Counted from the stretch's first letter, positions 27,307 through 35,583 are shown. The stretch: 47,050 nucleotides of DNA from a virus (IMGVR_UViG_3300028293_000010:1-47050), one strand, 5' to 3'. Made by a program: numbers and translations. Notes: generated by a model from the sequence alone, not told the origin.

Positions 27307-27840
27307 ATGTCCACTAAATCCCGTACCGAATACCGCCAGTTGCTGGACGCTGCCCAACCGGGACAGGCGGAACATCAACGCCACACCCATGCCCTTGCCG
27401 TCATCGCTGCCATTGCCGCATGGCCCCCGCTGTCGGTGTGGGACGAGTTGGCGGAATGGCCGTTGCGCTTCGACGCCCATCAGCGCGAACATGCACTGCA
27501 CGCCCGCAACCTCGCCATCATCCGCGCCCATCCCGACTATCGTGACGCCATGGCCCGCACCCGACATTGGGTTTTGTCCAAGCACGGTCAGTTCCAACTC
27601 CATGCCGATTCCTATCGCCGCCACCGTGCCTATGTGGGCGCATGCCGTCGCCAATTGCTCGATGGTCGCTTGACCCCAAGCCAGTACACTACGCAGGTGG
27701 CCCAAGCCAAGGCCGACATGCGCCAGCGCATTGCCGAGTACGAGCGGCAGACCGACACCCCATCCCCATACAAGCTGCGTAAACAGGTTGAATGGATAGC
27801 ACGTCAAATAGAAAACTCATCCAGTACCCCCTTGACATAA
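27307..27840 (+). CDS. Hypothetical protein
   Basis: 177 aa, GAGGAG RBS; TTGACA at 27250. Confidence 0.7.
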   Translation: MSTKSRTEYRQLLDAAQPGQAEHQRHTHALAVIAAIAAWPPLSVWDELAEWPLRFDAHQREHALHARNLAIIRAHPDYRDAMARTRHWVLSKHGQFQLHADSYRRHRAYVGACRRQLLDGRLTPSQYTTQVAQAKADMRQRIAEYERQTDTPSPYKLRKQVEWIARQIENSSSTPLT

Positions 27841-27860
27841 CACCTAAAATAGGGTATAAT
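27832..27860 (+). promoter_or_regulatory. Perfect consensus sigma70 promoter
   Basis: TTGACA-17 bp-TATAAT. Confidence 0.9.
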
Positions 27861-27866
27861 AGGGGT

Positions 27867-27935
27867 TCAGTCGGAATTCATCCCGACTGAGGGCAGCGGA
27901 GCTTTGCCCCGCTGCTCCGCCCCGCTCCTTAACAA
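27867..27935 (+). promoter_or_regulatory. rrn/nut-like antitermination leader (two hairpins plus boxA-like site)
   Basis: Hairpins TCAGTCGG/CCGACTGA and GGGCAGCGG/CCGCTGCTC, then CGCTCCTTAACAA (rrn boxA consensus TGCTCTTTAACA). Confidence 0.6.
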
Positions 27936-27968
27936 TCGCAGTTCCAAGCAAGTAAGGCAGTACAAGGT

Positions 27969-28649
27969 AGTGTAGGCATGCCTACACAACCCTGACGATC
28001 AACAGCATCATGATCGACACTGAGACAGCAAGCCAAAGCGGTACGACGCGTCGCCATGCCTCACAAGGCGTGGCCCGATAAAGTTCAGCAGCAACGGCAG
28101 ACCACCCACCCCCCGCAGCGTTCAAACGTGTGCGGCAGGTAGGCGCGGTGCCCGCGAGGCTGGTACGACTGCACCAACGCCAGCGAGACCTTCGCCTCAG
28201 CCCCCTCGATCCCACGCACCCTGTTGTCAGAAGCGCGTCCTGCCTGCTTGTGAAGCGACCCTGCACCACGCCCAAGGTAACGCCCCGGCGTGCCACTCAG
28301 TGCAGGCTAGCGCAAGGTGATACAGACCAAGCACGGCCACCGCGCCGTTGCCCGTAACGCGCACTCCCGGCATGGACTTGCAACCGAGATACCCCGCAGC
28401 AGCACCAGTGCTGCGGACCCTCATGCGACCTATCCCCCCACTCAGCATATGCTAGTGCGCGGCTGTCCCTTGTTCGACCAGTTACCCACGCTGCTGCGGC
28501 GAACCCGAGAGGGAACGCATCAGCCTCTTTCCCGCGACACATCCACGCACGACGGGCGTACCGTCATCCATCATGTCGCATGTTAGGGAACCGAGAGGCG
28601 AGCAGCGTGACGGTCATTTCTTGCTGTGTTGTGTAGGCATGCCTACACT
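27969..28649 (+). ncRNA. Candidate large multi-domain structured ncRNA, bounded by palindrome copies 4 and 5
   Basis: No convincing RBS-led ORF; more than 12 mutually nested helices found by eye; terminal 22-bp inverted repeat; directly downstream of the strongest promoter. Confidence 0.65.
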
Positions 28650-28693
28650 GCCCAGCATCAAGTGACTCATCAACTCAATCAAAGGAAACAGCA

Positions 28694-29524
28694 GTGAACA
28701 ACTTCAACACCAACGACAGCATCCGCGACTTGGACTGCATCGTCAGCATCAACGACACCATCGAGTCGCACGGCGTCGCCATCAACAACAACGAACGGAT
28801 CAAGGATCTGATCGAGCGCGTGACCGGGATGGAGGTGCAGATGAAGGAGGCCAACCGCCGCATCATCGCCTTGACCATCGAGCAGACGTGCACCCCCGTG
28901 CCGGTGCCCAGCGACGCCATCGAGAAGCGCATCAACTACCTGCGCATCCGAGGCGACACGCTCGACAAGCAGAAGGAATGCGACAACCTCGCGCTGCGCT
29001 GCGAGGATCTGACCAAGGCTCTCAGCGAAGCTGAACAGCAGTCGGCGGATTGGAAGCGCAGCTTCGACATGGAGCAGGGCAACGCCGACGGTTGGTACAA
29101 GACCGCCCAGAAGTGGGAGAAGGCGTACACCACTGCCGAGACCAGCCGCAAGAACTGGGAGGCCAATGCCCACCAGCACGAAGCCAACAGCACGGCATGG
29201 GAGCGCAATTACCACGAGGCCAAGGAGCGCAGCAATGAGTGGGAAGCCAAGTACCACGAGATGGTGAAGTGCCGTGACCAGTGGCGCGTCAGCTTCAACC
29301 AAGCCGACAACCGGGCCAAGGAGTGGGAGGATGAGTACGACACCACCGAGGAACGGGTCAACGAGTTGGCCAAGGAGAATGCGGAATGGGAGCGCCGCTT
29401 CGACGCCCTGCGCCACGACTTGGACGGCACCATCAGTAGCCACGAGCGGCAACTGGCAGACCTGACCAAGGAGAACGAGCGGTTGCAGCACCTGCTGTCA
29501 AGCATCAACAGCCTGATCCAGTAA
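28694..29524 (+). CDS. Coiled-coil protein with 14-aa Trp-periodic repeats
   Basis: 276 aa, AAAGGA RBS; xxxW(E/K)xx(Y/F) units about every 14 aa. Confidence 0.8.
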   Translation: MNNFNTNDSIRDLDCIVSINDTIESHGVAINNNERIKDLIERVTGMEVQMKEANRRIIALTIEQTCTPVPVPSDAIEKRINYLRIRGDTLDKQKECDNLALRCEDLTKALSEAEQQSADWKRSFDMEQGNADGWYKTAQKWEKAYTTAETSRKNWEANAHQHEANSTAWERNYHEAKERSNEWEAKYHEMVKCRDQWRVSFNQADNRAKEWEDEYDTTEERVNELAKENAEWERRFDALRHDLDGTISSHERQLADLTKENERLQHLLSSINSLIQ

Positions 29525-29536
29525 CTAACCCCAACC

Positions 29537-29556
29537 GGGCGGCACTCGTGCCGCCC
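29537..29556 (+). other. Intergenic stem-loop
   Basis: GGGCGGCA-CTCG-TGCCGCCC with no U tail. Confidence 0.6.
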
Positions 29557-29575
29557 ACAACTGAAAGGAAGCACC

Positions 29576-29767
29576 ATGCTGAAGAAACTCACGCAACACC
29601 TACGCAGCAACAAGCACAAGTTCATCCGTACCATCGAGATGTGCTACACCGAGTACGATCCCACCTACGGCTCGCACATCGGCATCATGTATCACAAGGA
29701 CGTGGACATCGTGGACTTCGACGCCCTGCTCGATGCCATCGACGCCTTCTCCGAGGAGTTCGCATGA
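29576..29767 (+). CDS. Small early hypothetical protein
   Basis: AAAGGA RBS, 63 aa. Confidence 0.7.
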   Translation: MLKKLTQHLRSNKHKFIRTIEMCYTEYDPTYGSHIGIMYHKDVDIVDFDALLDAIDAFSEEFA

Positions 29768-29955
29768 ACCACATCTTCGATGTCATGTACCGCATCAACG
29801 GCATCAACCGTCTGATCCACGTCACCACCCGTGACCGTTGGCGTGCCGTGTCGCTGGTATGCGAGGCGTACCCGCAAGCCACCCGTGTCCACGTGGTCGA
29901 ACCCCACAGCGAAGCGATGGCAGCGTATTACGACTGCCGCCTCGCCAATGACTAA
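29764..29955 (+). CDS. Small early hypothetical protein
   Basis: GAGGAG RBS, ATGA overlap, MNHIFDVMYR... Confidence 0.6.
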   Translation: MNHIFDVMYRINGINRLIHVTTRDRWRAVSLVCEAYPQATRVHVVEPHSEAMAAYYDCRLAND

Positions 29956-30382
29956 CCAACCACAAGGAGTCACCGTAGTGCCCACACGCAAGCTCACCCC
30001 CGACCAACAGGCCATCACTGACGTGCTGGAAGGCATCAAGGACGAACCCAAGCTGGTAGTCAAAACCAACCATGTGCCGCGCCCCGTGCTGTACTGGTGG
30101 GACTTGACCGACAAAGAGAAGCAGGAGTTCGACTATCTGGACACCGAGGCCAAGCAGGACGAAGGCCACTTCTTCCGTTACAGCGGCATGGTGTATGACC
30201 TGAACGAGTTCCAGTCCATGCACCACCACGCTGTGCAGATGCAGGTGCACAGCAAGCTACGTAAGTGGGATGGGTTCATGACCGACTCGTATTTCAGCGG
30301 GGTGCTGATCAAGTACCCGGTGTGCGACGACTGGCGTGACAAGTCGTATGAGGAAGTTATCGTAGGTACGTATTACTCTTAA
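29948..30382 (+). CDS. Early hypothetical protein
   Basis: MTNQPQ...; contains EFDYL, FFRY.G..YDL.EF, WDG..TDSYFSGVLIKY. Confidence 0.7.
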   Translation: MTNQPQGVTVVPTRKLTPDQQAITDVLEGIKDEPKLVVKTNHVPRPVLYWWDLTDKEKQEFDYLDTEAKQDEGHFFRYSGMVYDLNEFQSMHHHAVQMQVHSKLRKWDGFMTDSYFSGVLIKYPVCDDWRDKSYEEVIVGTYYS

Positions 30383-30384
30383 CA

Positions 30385-30402
30385 GTGTAGGCATGCCTAC
30401 AC
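30385..30402. repeat. Palindrome family copy 6
   Basis: GTGTAGGCATGCCTACAC, intergenic, just before an RBS. Confidence 0.9.
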
Positions 30403-30422
30403 ACCAATCGAAAGGAAACACC

Positions 30423-30836
30423 GTGAACCGCTACACCAACCGCTACGACAAGCCACTCATCAACGCGCAGGACAACCTGATGGGGCGTACCCATTACGTT
30501 GACCCGCAGTCCCTGCGTTACCACCACAGCCGCATCATCAGCGCATGGCCAAGCGCGAACGGCCTGTTGTACATCATCATCGAGTCCTGCGCGCTGAACT
30601 ACGACAACACCCGGCGTGGGTTCCGCTACGTGGTGTTCGACCTGTTCGGCAGCGTCGTGGCTCGTCCCGATCTGGATGACTGCTTCGCCACCAGCAAACG
30701 TGCCCGCCAAGCCCTGTACGACGCGCTGGATGGCATCGACGCGGTGGCTATCAACCTGTGTGCCATCGACCAGCAGATCGCCCGTCTGCAGGGCTTGAAG
30801 GATGAAGTAAACCAACTTAAAGAGGAGCAGCAATGA
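30423..30836 (+). CDS. Early hypothetical protein
   Basis: AAAGGA RBS, GTG start; AQ.NL.GRTHYVD..SLRYHHSRI...RGFRYVVFDLFG. Confidence 0.7.
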   Translation: MNRYTNRYDKPLINAQDNLMGRTHYVDPQSLRYHHSRIISAWPSANGLLYIIIESCALNYDNTRRGFRYVVFDLFGSVVARPDLDDCFATSKRARQALYDALDGIDAVAINLCAIDQQIARLQGLKDEVNQLKEEQQ

Positions 30837-31153
30837 ACGAAGATCAAAAGGCAATCACTGCCGTGCTTGAAGGCAACGCATTCACCGCGTACGAGTCCAC
30901 CGACCGCAAGAAGAACCCGACCCCTATCCTCGTGCGGCACATGACGGAAGACGAGGTGAAGAACCTCATGCAATGGGGGTGGTACGAGTTCATCGACGGC
31001 CCCAAGATCCGCCGCTTCAAGGTGAGCAGCATCAAGTACCGAGGGCGCGGTGCCGAGCGCCACATCGAAACCATCAAGTTCAAGTTCGGGCTGAAGACGT
31101 ACTGGGACTTGTTTCCTGAAACCTGCACTAAAACCCTGATCGTGAGGCTGTGA
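30833..31153 (+). CDS. Early hypothetical protein
   Basis: GAGGAG RBS, 106 aa. Confidence 0.7.
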   Translation: MNEDQKAITAVLEGNAFTAYESTDRKKNPTPILVRHMTEDEVKNLMQWGWYEFIDGPKIRRFKVSSIKYRGRGAERHIETIKFKFGLKTYWDLFPETCTKTLIVRL

Positions 31154-31605
31154 TGAATTACGAATCTCCGCTGTATATCTTCGATCTCGATGGCACGCTG
31201 GCTGACTGCAGGCATCGCCTGCACTACATACCGCATGACTGGCCTGCGTTTCATGCAGCATGCGTGTACGACCAGCCGATCATGTCCAACATCAAGACGC
31301 TGCATACGCTGTATTACGCGGCCAACTGCGACGTATGGATTGTGTCCGGCCGCAACGAGTGCGCTCGTGCGGCGACCATGCACTGGCTGGAGCAGCACAA
31401 CATCTGGGTGGAGAACGAGGAACTGATGATGCGTGCTGATGGTGACTTCCGCCCCGACGATGTGGTGAAGCAGGAGGTGCTGGACAACATGCTCGATGAA
31501 GACCGGGCGCGTATCGTCGCCGTGTTCGATGACCGGCAGCGCGTCGTTGATATGTGGCGGCGCAATGGTGTTACATGTTTTCAGGTAGCACCGGGAAACT
31601 TCTGA
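31153..31605 (+). CDS. HAD-family polynucleotide 3'-phosphatase (PNKP phosphatase domain-like)
   Basis: FDLDGTLAD, VSGR, LMMR.GD.RPD.VVK, FDDR..VVDMWR..G..C.QV. Confidence 0.85.
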   Translation: MNYESPLYIFDLDGTLADCRHRLHYIPHDWPAFHAACVYDQPIMSNIKTLHTLYYAANCDVWIVSGRNECARAATMHWLEQHNIWVENEELMMRADGDFRPDDVVKQEVLDNMLDEDRARIVAVFDDRQRVVDMWRRNGVTCFQVAPGNF

Positions 31606-31644
31606 ATTACCCTCAACTAATAGTGACCGACTGAAAGGAATGCA

Positions 31645-32103
31645 ATGAACGAACGTAAGCCATTCACCCCCCTCCAATACTGGGCCAGCAACGACTTGCC
31701 GGAGTGGGCCTGCCGCATCATCACCCGCTCCCCCGAGCGCATCTTCGCCTTGCCATCGGAGATGGTGCTACTCCCCGGCAATTCGGTGTACTTCGACACC
31801 GCCCGTATGTGGAGTGATGGGGTTCTCGGTGCTACCCAACGCTGGAACGACGATGGTGAATTGACCATGAACTACCCGCACTATCTGATCGAAGACTGGC
31901 AGGACTGGGGTGATGACGGGCATGTTGTGTATCAGATATGCGGCTATGCCGTGCTGAACGCCGAGGATGCACAGGCATTCCACACGGCGGCGCGTGTCGC
32001 CACCGACCGCTGGGAATTCCCTTACATCGAGTATCGGGAGGATGAGTTCAACAAGGCTGTTGTTGCCGAAATGAAAAACCAAATGAAAGGAACGACCAAA
32101 TGA
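31645..32103 (+). CDS. Hypothetical protein
   Basis: AAAGGA RBS, 152 aa. Confidence 0.65.
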   Translation: MNERKPFTPLQYWASNDLPEWACRIITRSPERIFALPSEMVLLPGNSVYFDTARMWSDGVLGATQRWNDDGELTMNYPHYLIEDWQDWGDDGHVVYQICGYAVLNAEDAQAFHTAARVATDRWEFPYIEYREDEFNKAVVAEMKNQMKGTTK

Positions 32104-32390
32104 AATACCAAGTAACACGTGAAGTGTTGTTGCAAGTAACGGTCGAGGCCAGCAGTGAAGTGCTGGCTGAAGCGGTTGCTGCCGAGACCGATCTGGATGA
32201 GTGGACTGCCGAGACCAAGAGTGAGCGTATCGAACCGGTCGATGATGATGCCAGCCCTGCCCCGGCCTTGGCCAATCGGCTGCGCGATACGCTGAACAAC
32301 AACCGCAACCACATGGCGCAGTTCGAAATCGAAGCTGTCGCCGAAGCCATCAACCTGATCGAGATGCTGCAACGGACGATCTCGAAATGA
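32100..32390 (+). CDS. Hypothetical protein
   Basis: AAAGGA RBS, ATGA overlap. Confidence 0.65.
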   Translation: MKYQVTREVLLQVTVEASSEVLAEAVAAETDLDEWTAETKSERIEPVDDDASPAPALANRLRDTLNNNRNHMAQFEIEAVAEAINLIEMLQRTISK

Positions 32391-32599
32391 CCGACAAGAA
32401 GGTCACCGTAGTGCCGCGTGCCCATCTGGTACTCATCCTCACTCGCGAGCAGTTGCAGCAGCTGGACAACAACTGGACGGTGAACGGCTCGATCACGTGG
32501 TGCACCAAGCACGAGTTGCCGTTCGCCTTCTGTAAGTGCATGCCCAATCCCAAAACCTACCGACTCGAAGGCGACTATCCGGTGCTGGAGATTGTATGA
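32387..32599 (+). CDS. Small Cys/His protein (paralog A)
   Basis: WCTKHELPFAFCKC...YPVLEIV. Confidence 0.6.
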   Translation: MTDKKVTVVPRAHLVLILTREQLQQLDNNWTVNGSITWCTKHELPFAFCKCMPNPKTYRLEGDYPVLEIV

Positions 32600-32793
32600 A
32601 GAAAGAGTTACATATAAAGCGCATTAATCGTGTAACATTAGTGTTACATGGTATAGGCAGTGAGTTTTTCGCTTTACCGCGTCATTGGTGTGAGAAGCAC
32701 GACACCATGTTCGCGGTGTGTACGTGTGTAGGCATGCCTACACACACTGCATTTGGCAGTGAGCAGTATCCCTTAATCGAAGTAGTGGACTAA
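32596..32793 (+). CDS. Small Cys/His protein (paralog B); contains palindrome copy 7 at 32724-32745
   Basis: WCEKHDTMFAVCTC...YPLIEVV; GGAG RBS, ATGA overlap. Confidence 0.6.
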   Translation: MKKELHIKRINRVTLVLHGIGSEFFALPRHWCEKHDTMFAVCTCVGMPTHTAFGSEQYPLIEVVD

Positions 32794-32808
32794 CTAAAGG
32801 AAAAAGCA

Positions 32809-33693
32809 ATGAGTAACATCAGAAGTAGTGTAATGCTGGGTAATCTCTCCATGGGTGCGTGGGCGGCGCGAGTGTCGGCCAAGGACGTGGCGCGGGCGGC
32901 GGAAGCCAAGGCCAACGCCAAGAACGGCACCTACACCGCGAGCAAGAAGCTGGCCGATGGCGTGGATGAGTTGGTCGCCATCAAGAGCAAGCAGAGCGAG
33001 GTTCGCGCCGAGTGGTACAAGATGGGCGAGCGGTGGTTCGACAACGGCACCCGTGCCTTCAAGGGCGTCAAACTCATCGATGTGACCCAGCAGATGCTGC
33101 AGTGGGACCGGGAGCATGACGCGCTGGTCGAGCGGTTCATGCGGGTGTACCCGTCGATGGTGGCGGGCAAGCAGTACGATCTCGGCTCCGACTACAACCC
33201 GCGTGACTATCCCCCGGCGGATGTGGTGCGCAGCAAGTTCTACTTCAAGTTCGACTACTTCACCATTCCCGACAGTGCCGACATCAGGTTGATGGAAGGC
33301 ATACCACCGGAAGAAGTGGAGGCGATGGTGGAGGAAGCCGAGAAGCAGATGAAGGAGCGGCTGCACGCCTCGCTGTCGAGCGCGGCGACCAAGCTGTTCA
33401 AGTGCGTGGAGAAGATGCACGAGAAACTGTCGGTCAAGGTCGGCGAGCCGGGGCACATCTTCCGCGACTCGCTGGTGGATAACTTGGTGGACCTGATCGA
33501 GATCATGCCCAACCTCAACATCATCGATGACCCGGCGTTGAAGGCACTGACGGTGGAGGCCAAGAAGCTCACCATGTACTCGCCCGAGGTGTTGCGTGAG
33601 GATGCAACGGCACGTGAGTTGGCGGCGAAGAAGGCCGGTGATCTGGCGTCCAAGCTGTCGTCGATGTTCAACACTGATGGAGACGAGGAATGA
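32809..33693 (+). CDS. Phage protein often found with AAA/vWA modules (possibly DUF3150-like)
   Basis: 294 aa; K.L...., YNP.DYP...VRSKF, IFRDSLV.N...L...P.LNI..DP.L; family name from memory. Confidence 0.6.
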   Translation: MSNIRSSVMLGNLSMGAWAARVSAKDVARAAEAKANAKNGTYTASKKLADGVDELVAIKSKQSEVRAEWYKMGERWFDNGTRAFKGVKLIDVTQQMLQWDREHDALVERFMRVYPSMVAGKQYDLGSDYNPRDYPPADVVRSKFYFKFDYFTIPDSADIRLMEGIPPEEVEAMVEEAEKQMKERLHASLSSAATKLFKCVEKMHEKLSVKVGEPGHIFRDSLVDNLVDLIEIMPNLNIIDDPALKALTVEAKKLTMYSPEVLREDATARELAAKKAGDLASKLSSMFNTDGDEE

Positions 33694-33788
33694 CGTGTGA
33701 TTGGCTTTCGATACTGACTTTATGCTTATCCGGTTTCTCTATCGGTGTAGCGTTCGCCTGCTTCGTACTTACTTGGAATAAATTATGA
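33690..33788 (+). CDS. 32-aa single-TM peptide
   Basis: MTCDWLSILTLCLSGFSIGVAFACFVLTWNKL; ATGA overlaps at both ends; below the track cutoff. Confidence 0.5.
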   Translation: MTCDWLSILTLCLSGFSIGVAFACFVLTWNKL

Positions 33789-34156
33789 GCCTGTTTGGCT
33801 GGAGTTTGCCCCCCGGCTGCGGCACCTTGCCGGGGGAGGAGGATGAGGGACCGTGCGAGGTGTGCGGTCATTACATCGATGCGTGTGTATGCCCCGAGTG
33901 CAAGGTGTGCGGTGAGCATGGCAACCCTGCCTGTTATATCGGCACGGGTAGACCCGGCTATCGTGATGACCACGGCATGATGCGTACCGATGAGCAGCGG
34001 TTGGCCAAGGCCGAGCGTGACTTCATAGATGAGGAGGATCGGAAGGCGTGGGAAGCCGAGGCCCAATACTGGGCCAGTGCCGAGCGCGAGAAGGAAGCTC
34101 TCGATCTGGAGCAATACTGGCGTGACTGTGAAGCCTATTTCAAGGAGGTGAAATGA
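33785..34156 (+). CDS. Cys-rich putative zinc-binding protein
   Basis: PPGC...CEVCG...CVCPECKVCG.HG.PACY. Confidence 0.65.
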   Translation: MSLFGWSLPPGCGTLPGEEDEGPCEVCGHYIDACVCPECKVCGEHGNPACYIGTGRPGYRDDHGMMRTDEQRLAKAERDFIDEEDRKAWEAEAQYWASAEREKEALDLEQYWRDCEAYFKEVK

Positions 34157-34407
34157 GCGACCAGTACGACTTCGTACTCGCCGCTCGCTATGAGTTCGAT
34201 GTTACGAGTGGCGATTACTGCGCTGTCATCTGCAAGCAGTGGCGCGACCAACCCGTGATGGAGGTCGTCGCCTGTGGTGTGGAGCAGTCCGAAGAAATGA
34301 TTTTGGTGTGGCTGCGTGAGACTATCCGGCTCATGCGGCAGTACCAACGCACCGATGTGAGTGTACCGGATGCAATTGAACGTGCCCTTAAACAACCAAC
34401 CCATTAA
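34153..34407 (+). CDS. Hypothetical protein
   Basis: AGGAGGT RBS, 84 aa. Confidence 0.65.
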   Translation: MSDQYDFVLAARYEFDVTSGDYCAVICKQWRDQPVMEVVACGVEQSEEMILVWLRETIRLMRQYQRTDVSVPDAIERALKQPTH

Positions 34408-34422
34408 TTAAAGGAAAAAGCA

Positions 34423-35544
34423 ATGGCTCCAATGAAACTGAAGCAAATCCCCGCTGTTCTCCGTCGTTCGCTGCTGGCCAAGACCAACATTTGGATCTGG
34501 GGCGAGCCGGGTATTGGCAAGACCCACATGTACATCAAGACAGCGCGGACGCTGAAGGCGGGCATCCCTGACCTGTACTTCGGGTCGTTCTATGCACCGA
34601 CCATGAGTCCCACCGACATCCAGTGTGCCATGCCTAACATGGAGACGGGTGTGTTGGACATCTTCAACAACGGCGCACTGCCCAACGGTTACGACCCGGC
34701 ATTCAGGGATCGTGTTGGCTTCATTCACTTCGGCGAGCCGGGTAACACCGACAGCATGACGTTCAAGCTGCTGCAGAAGTATGTCAACGGCGAGGATATG
34801 AACGGCAAGCTGATCAAGCCCGAGAACATGATCGTGATCGGCGACGGCAATCGACTGCAAGACAAGTCGAACGTGATCCAGCAGGGCAGGGCGATGATGA
34901 ATCGCTTCGAACATATCGACGTGTACACTGATGCCAGTGATAACATCGAGTTTGCGGACGAGAACAGCTTCCATCCCACCATCCAGAAGTTCTTCAAGGA
35001 CAACACGGATCACATCAACAACTACGAGCGGGTGTACAACCCGACGCCGACTCAGATCAAGGACATGAAGGCCGACGAGATGACGGTGTACAGCGAGGAA
35101 GGCAAGCGCGGCATCTGGGCATCGATGCGCGGTTGGGAGCGGATCAGCAACAAGGAGTATGCCGCCGACCAGCTGCGTGACCCGCTGACGTTGAACGAGA
35201 TCGCTGGTTCGGTGGGCACTGGCGTGGCGCACTTGTACGATGCGACGCGCAAATACATGGACCTGTTGGCGCAGATGGATGACATCCGTGCCGACCCGAA
35301 GAAGGCCAAGCTGCCGAAGGCAGCGCATGAGATCTTCGCTCAGGCGTGCATCGTCGCGCTGAAGTGCGAGTCGAAGGACATGCCTGCCGTGCACACGTAC
35401 TGCACCCGCATGCCAAGTGACTTTCAGGTGGTGGTGCTGAAGCGGATGACGCAGCGCAAGAACTTCAAGTTGACCGACAACAACACGTACCTGAAGTGGA
35501 TCGAAGATCCGCAGATCAAGGGGCTGCTGTTGCCGAGCAAGTAA
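34423..35544 (+). CDS. MoxR-like AAA+ ATPase
   Basis: Walker A WGEPGIGKT; GNR..D, AMMNRF, SMRGWE motifs; Walker B position reads IHFGE. Confidence 0.85.
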   Translation: MAPMKLKQIPAVLRRSLLAKTNIWIWGEPGIGKTHMYIKTARTLKAGIPDLYFGSFYAPTMSPTDIQCAMPNMETGVLDIFNNGALPNGYDPAFRDRVGFIHFGEPGNTDSMTFKLLQKYVNGEDMNGKLIKPENMIVIGDGNRLQDKSNVIQQGRAMMNRFEHIDVYTDASDNIEFADENSFHPTIQKFFKDNTDHINNYERVYNPTPTQIKDMKADEMTVYSEEGKRGIWASMRGWERISNKEYAADQLRDPLTLNEIAGSVGTGVAHLYDATRKYMDLLAQMDDIRADPKKAKLPKAAHEIFAQACIVALKCESKDMPAVHTYCTRMPSDFQVVVLKRMTQRKNFKLTDNNTYLKWIEDPQIKGLLLPSK

Positions 35545-35583
35545 CCGGGTGTCACGGCCTGACACATGTAACAGGAGACAAGC

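Noticed and set aside
27982-28586. Short ORFs within the candidate ncRNA (28130-28357, 28317-28586, 27982-28296 and others)
   Set aside because: No SD sequence, Arg/Pro/Cys-rich non-protein-like composition, unlike the coupled, RBS-led neighbouring genes
25455-32745. Palindrome copies as a CRISPR array or integron attC array
   Set aside because: Spacing is irregular (0.5-2.3 kb), no cas or integrase gene is visible, and there is no attC RYYYAAC/GTTRRRY architecture
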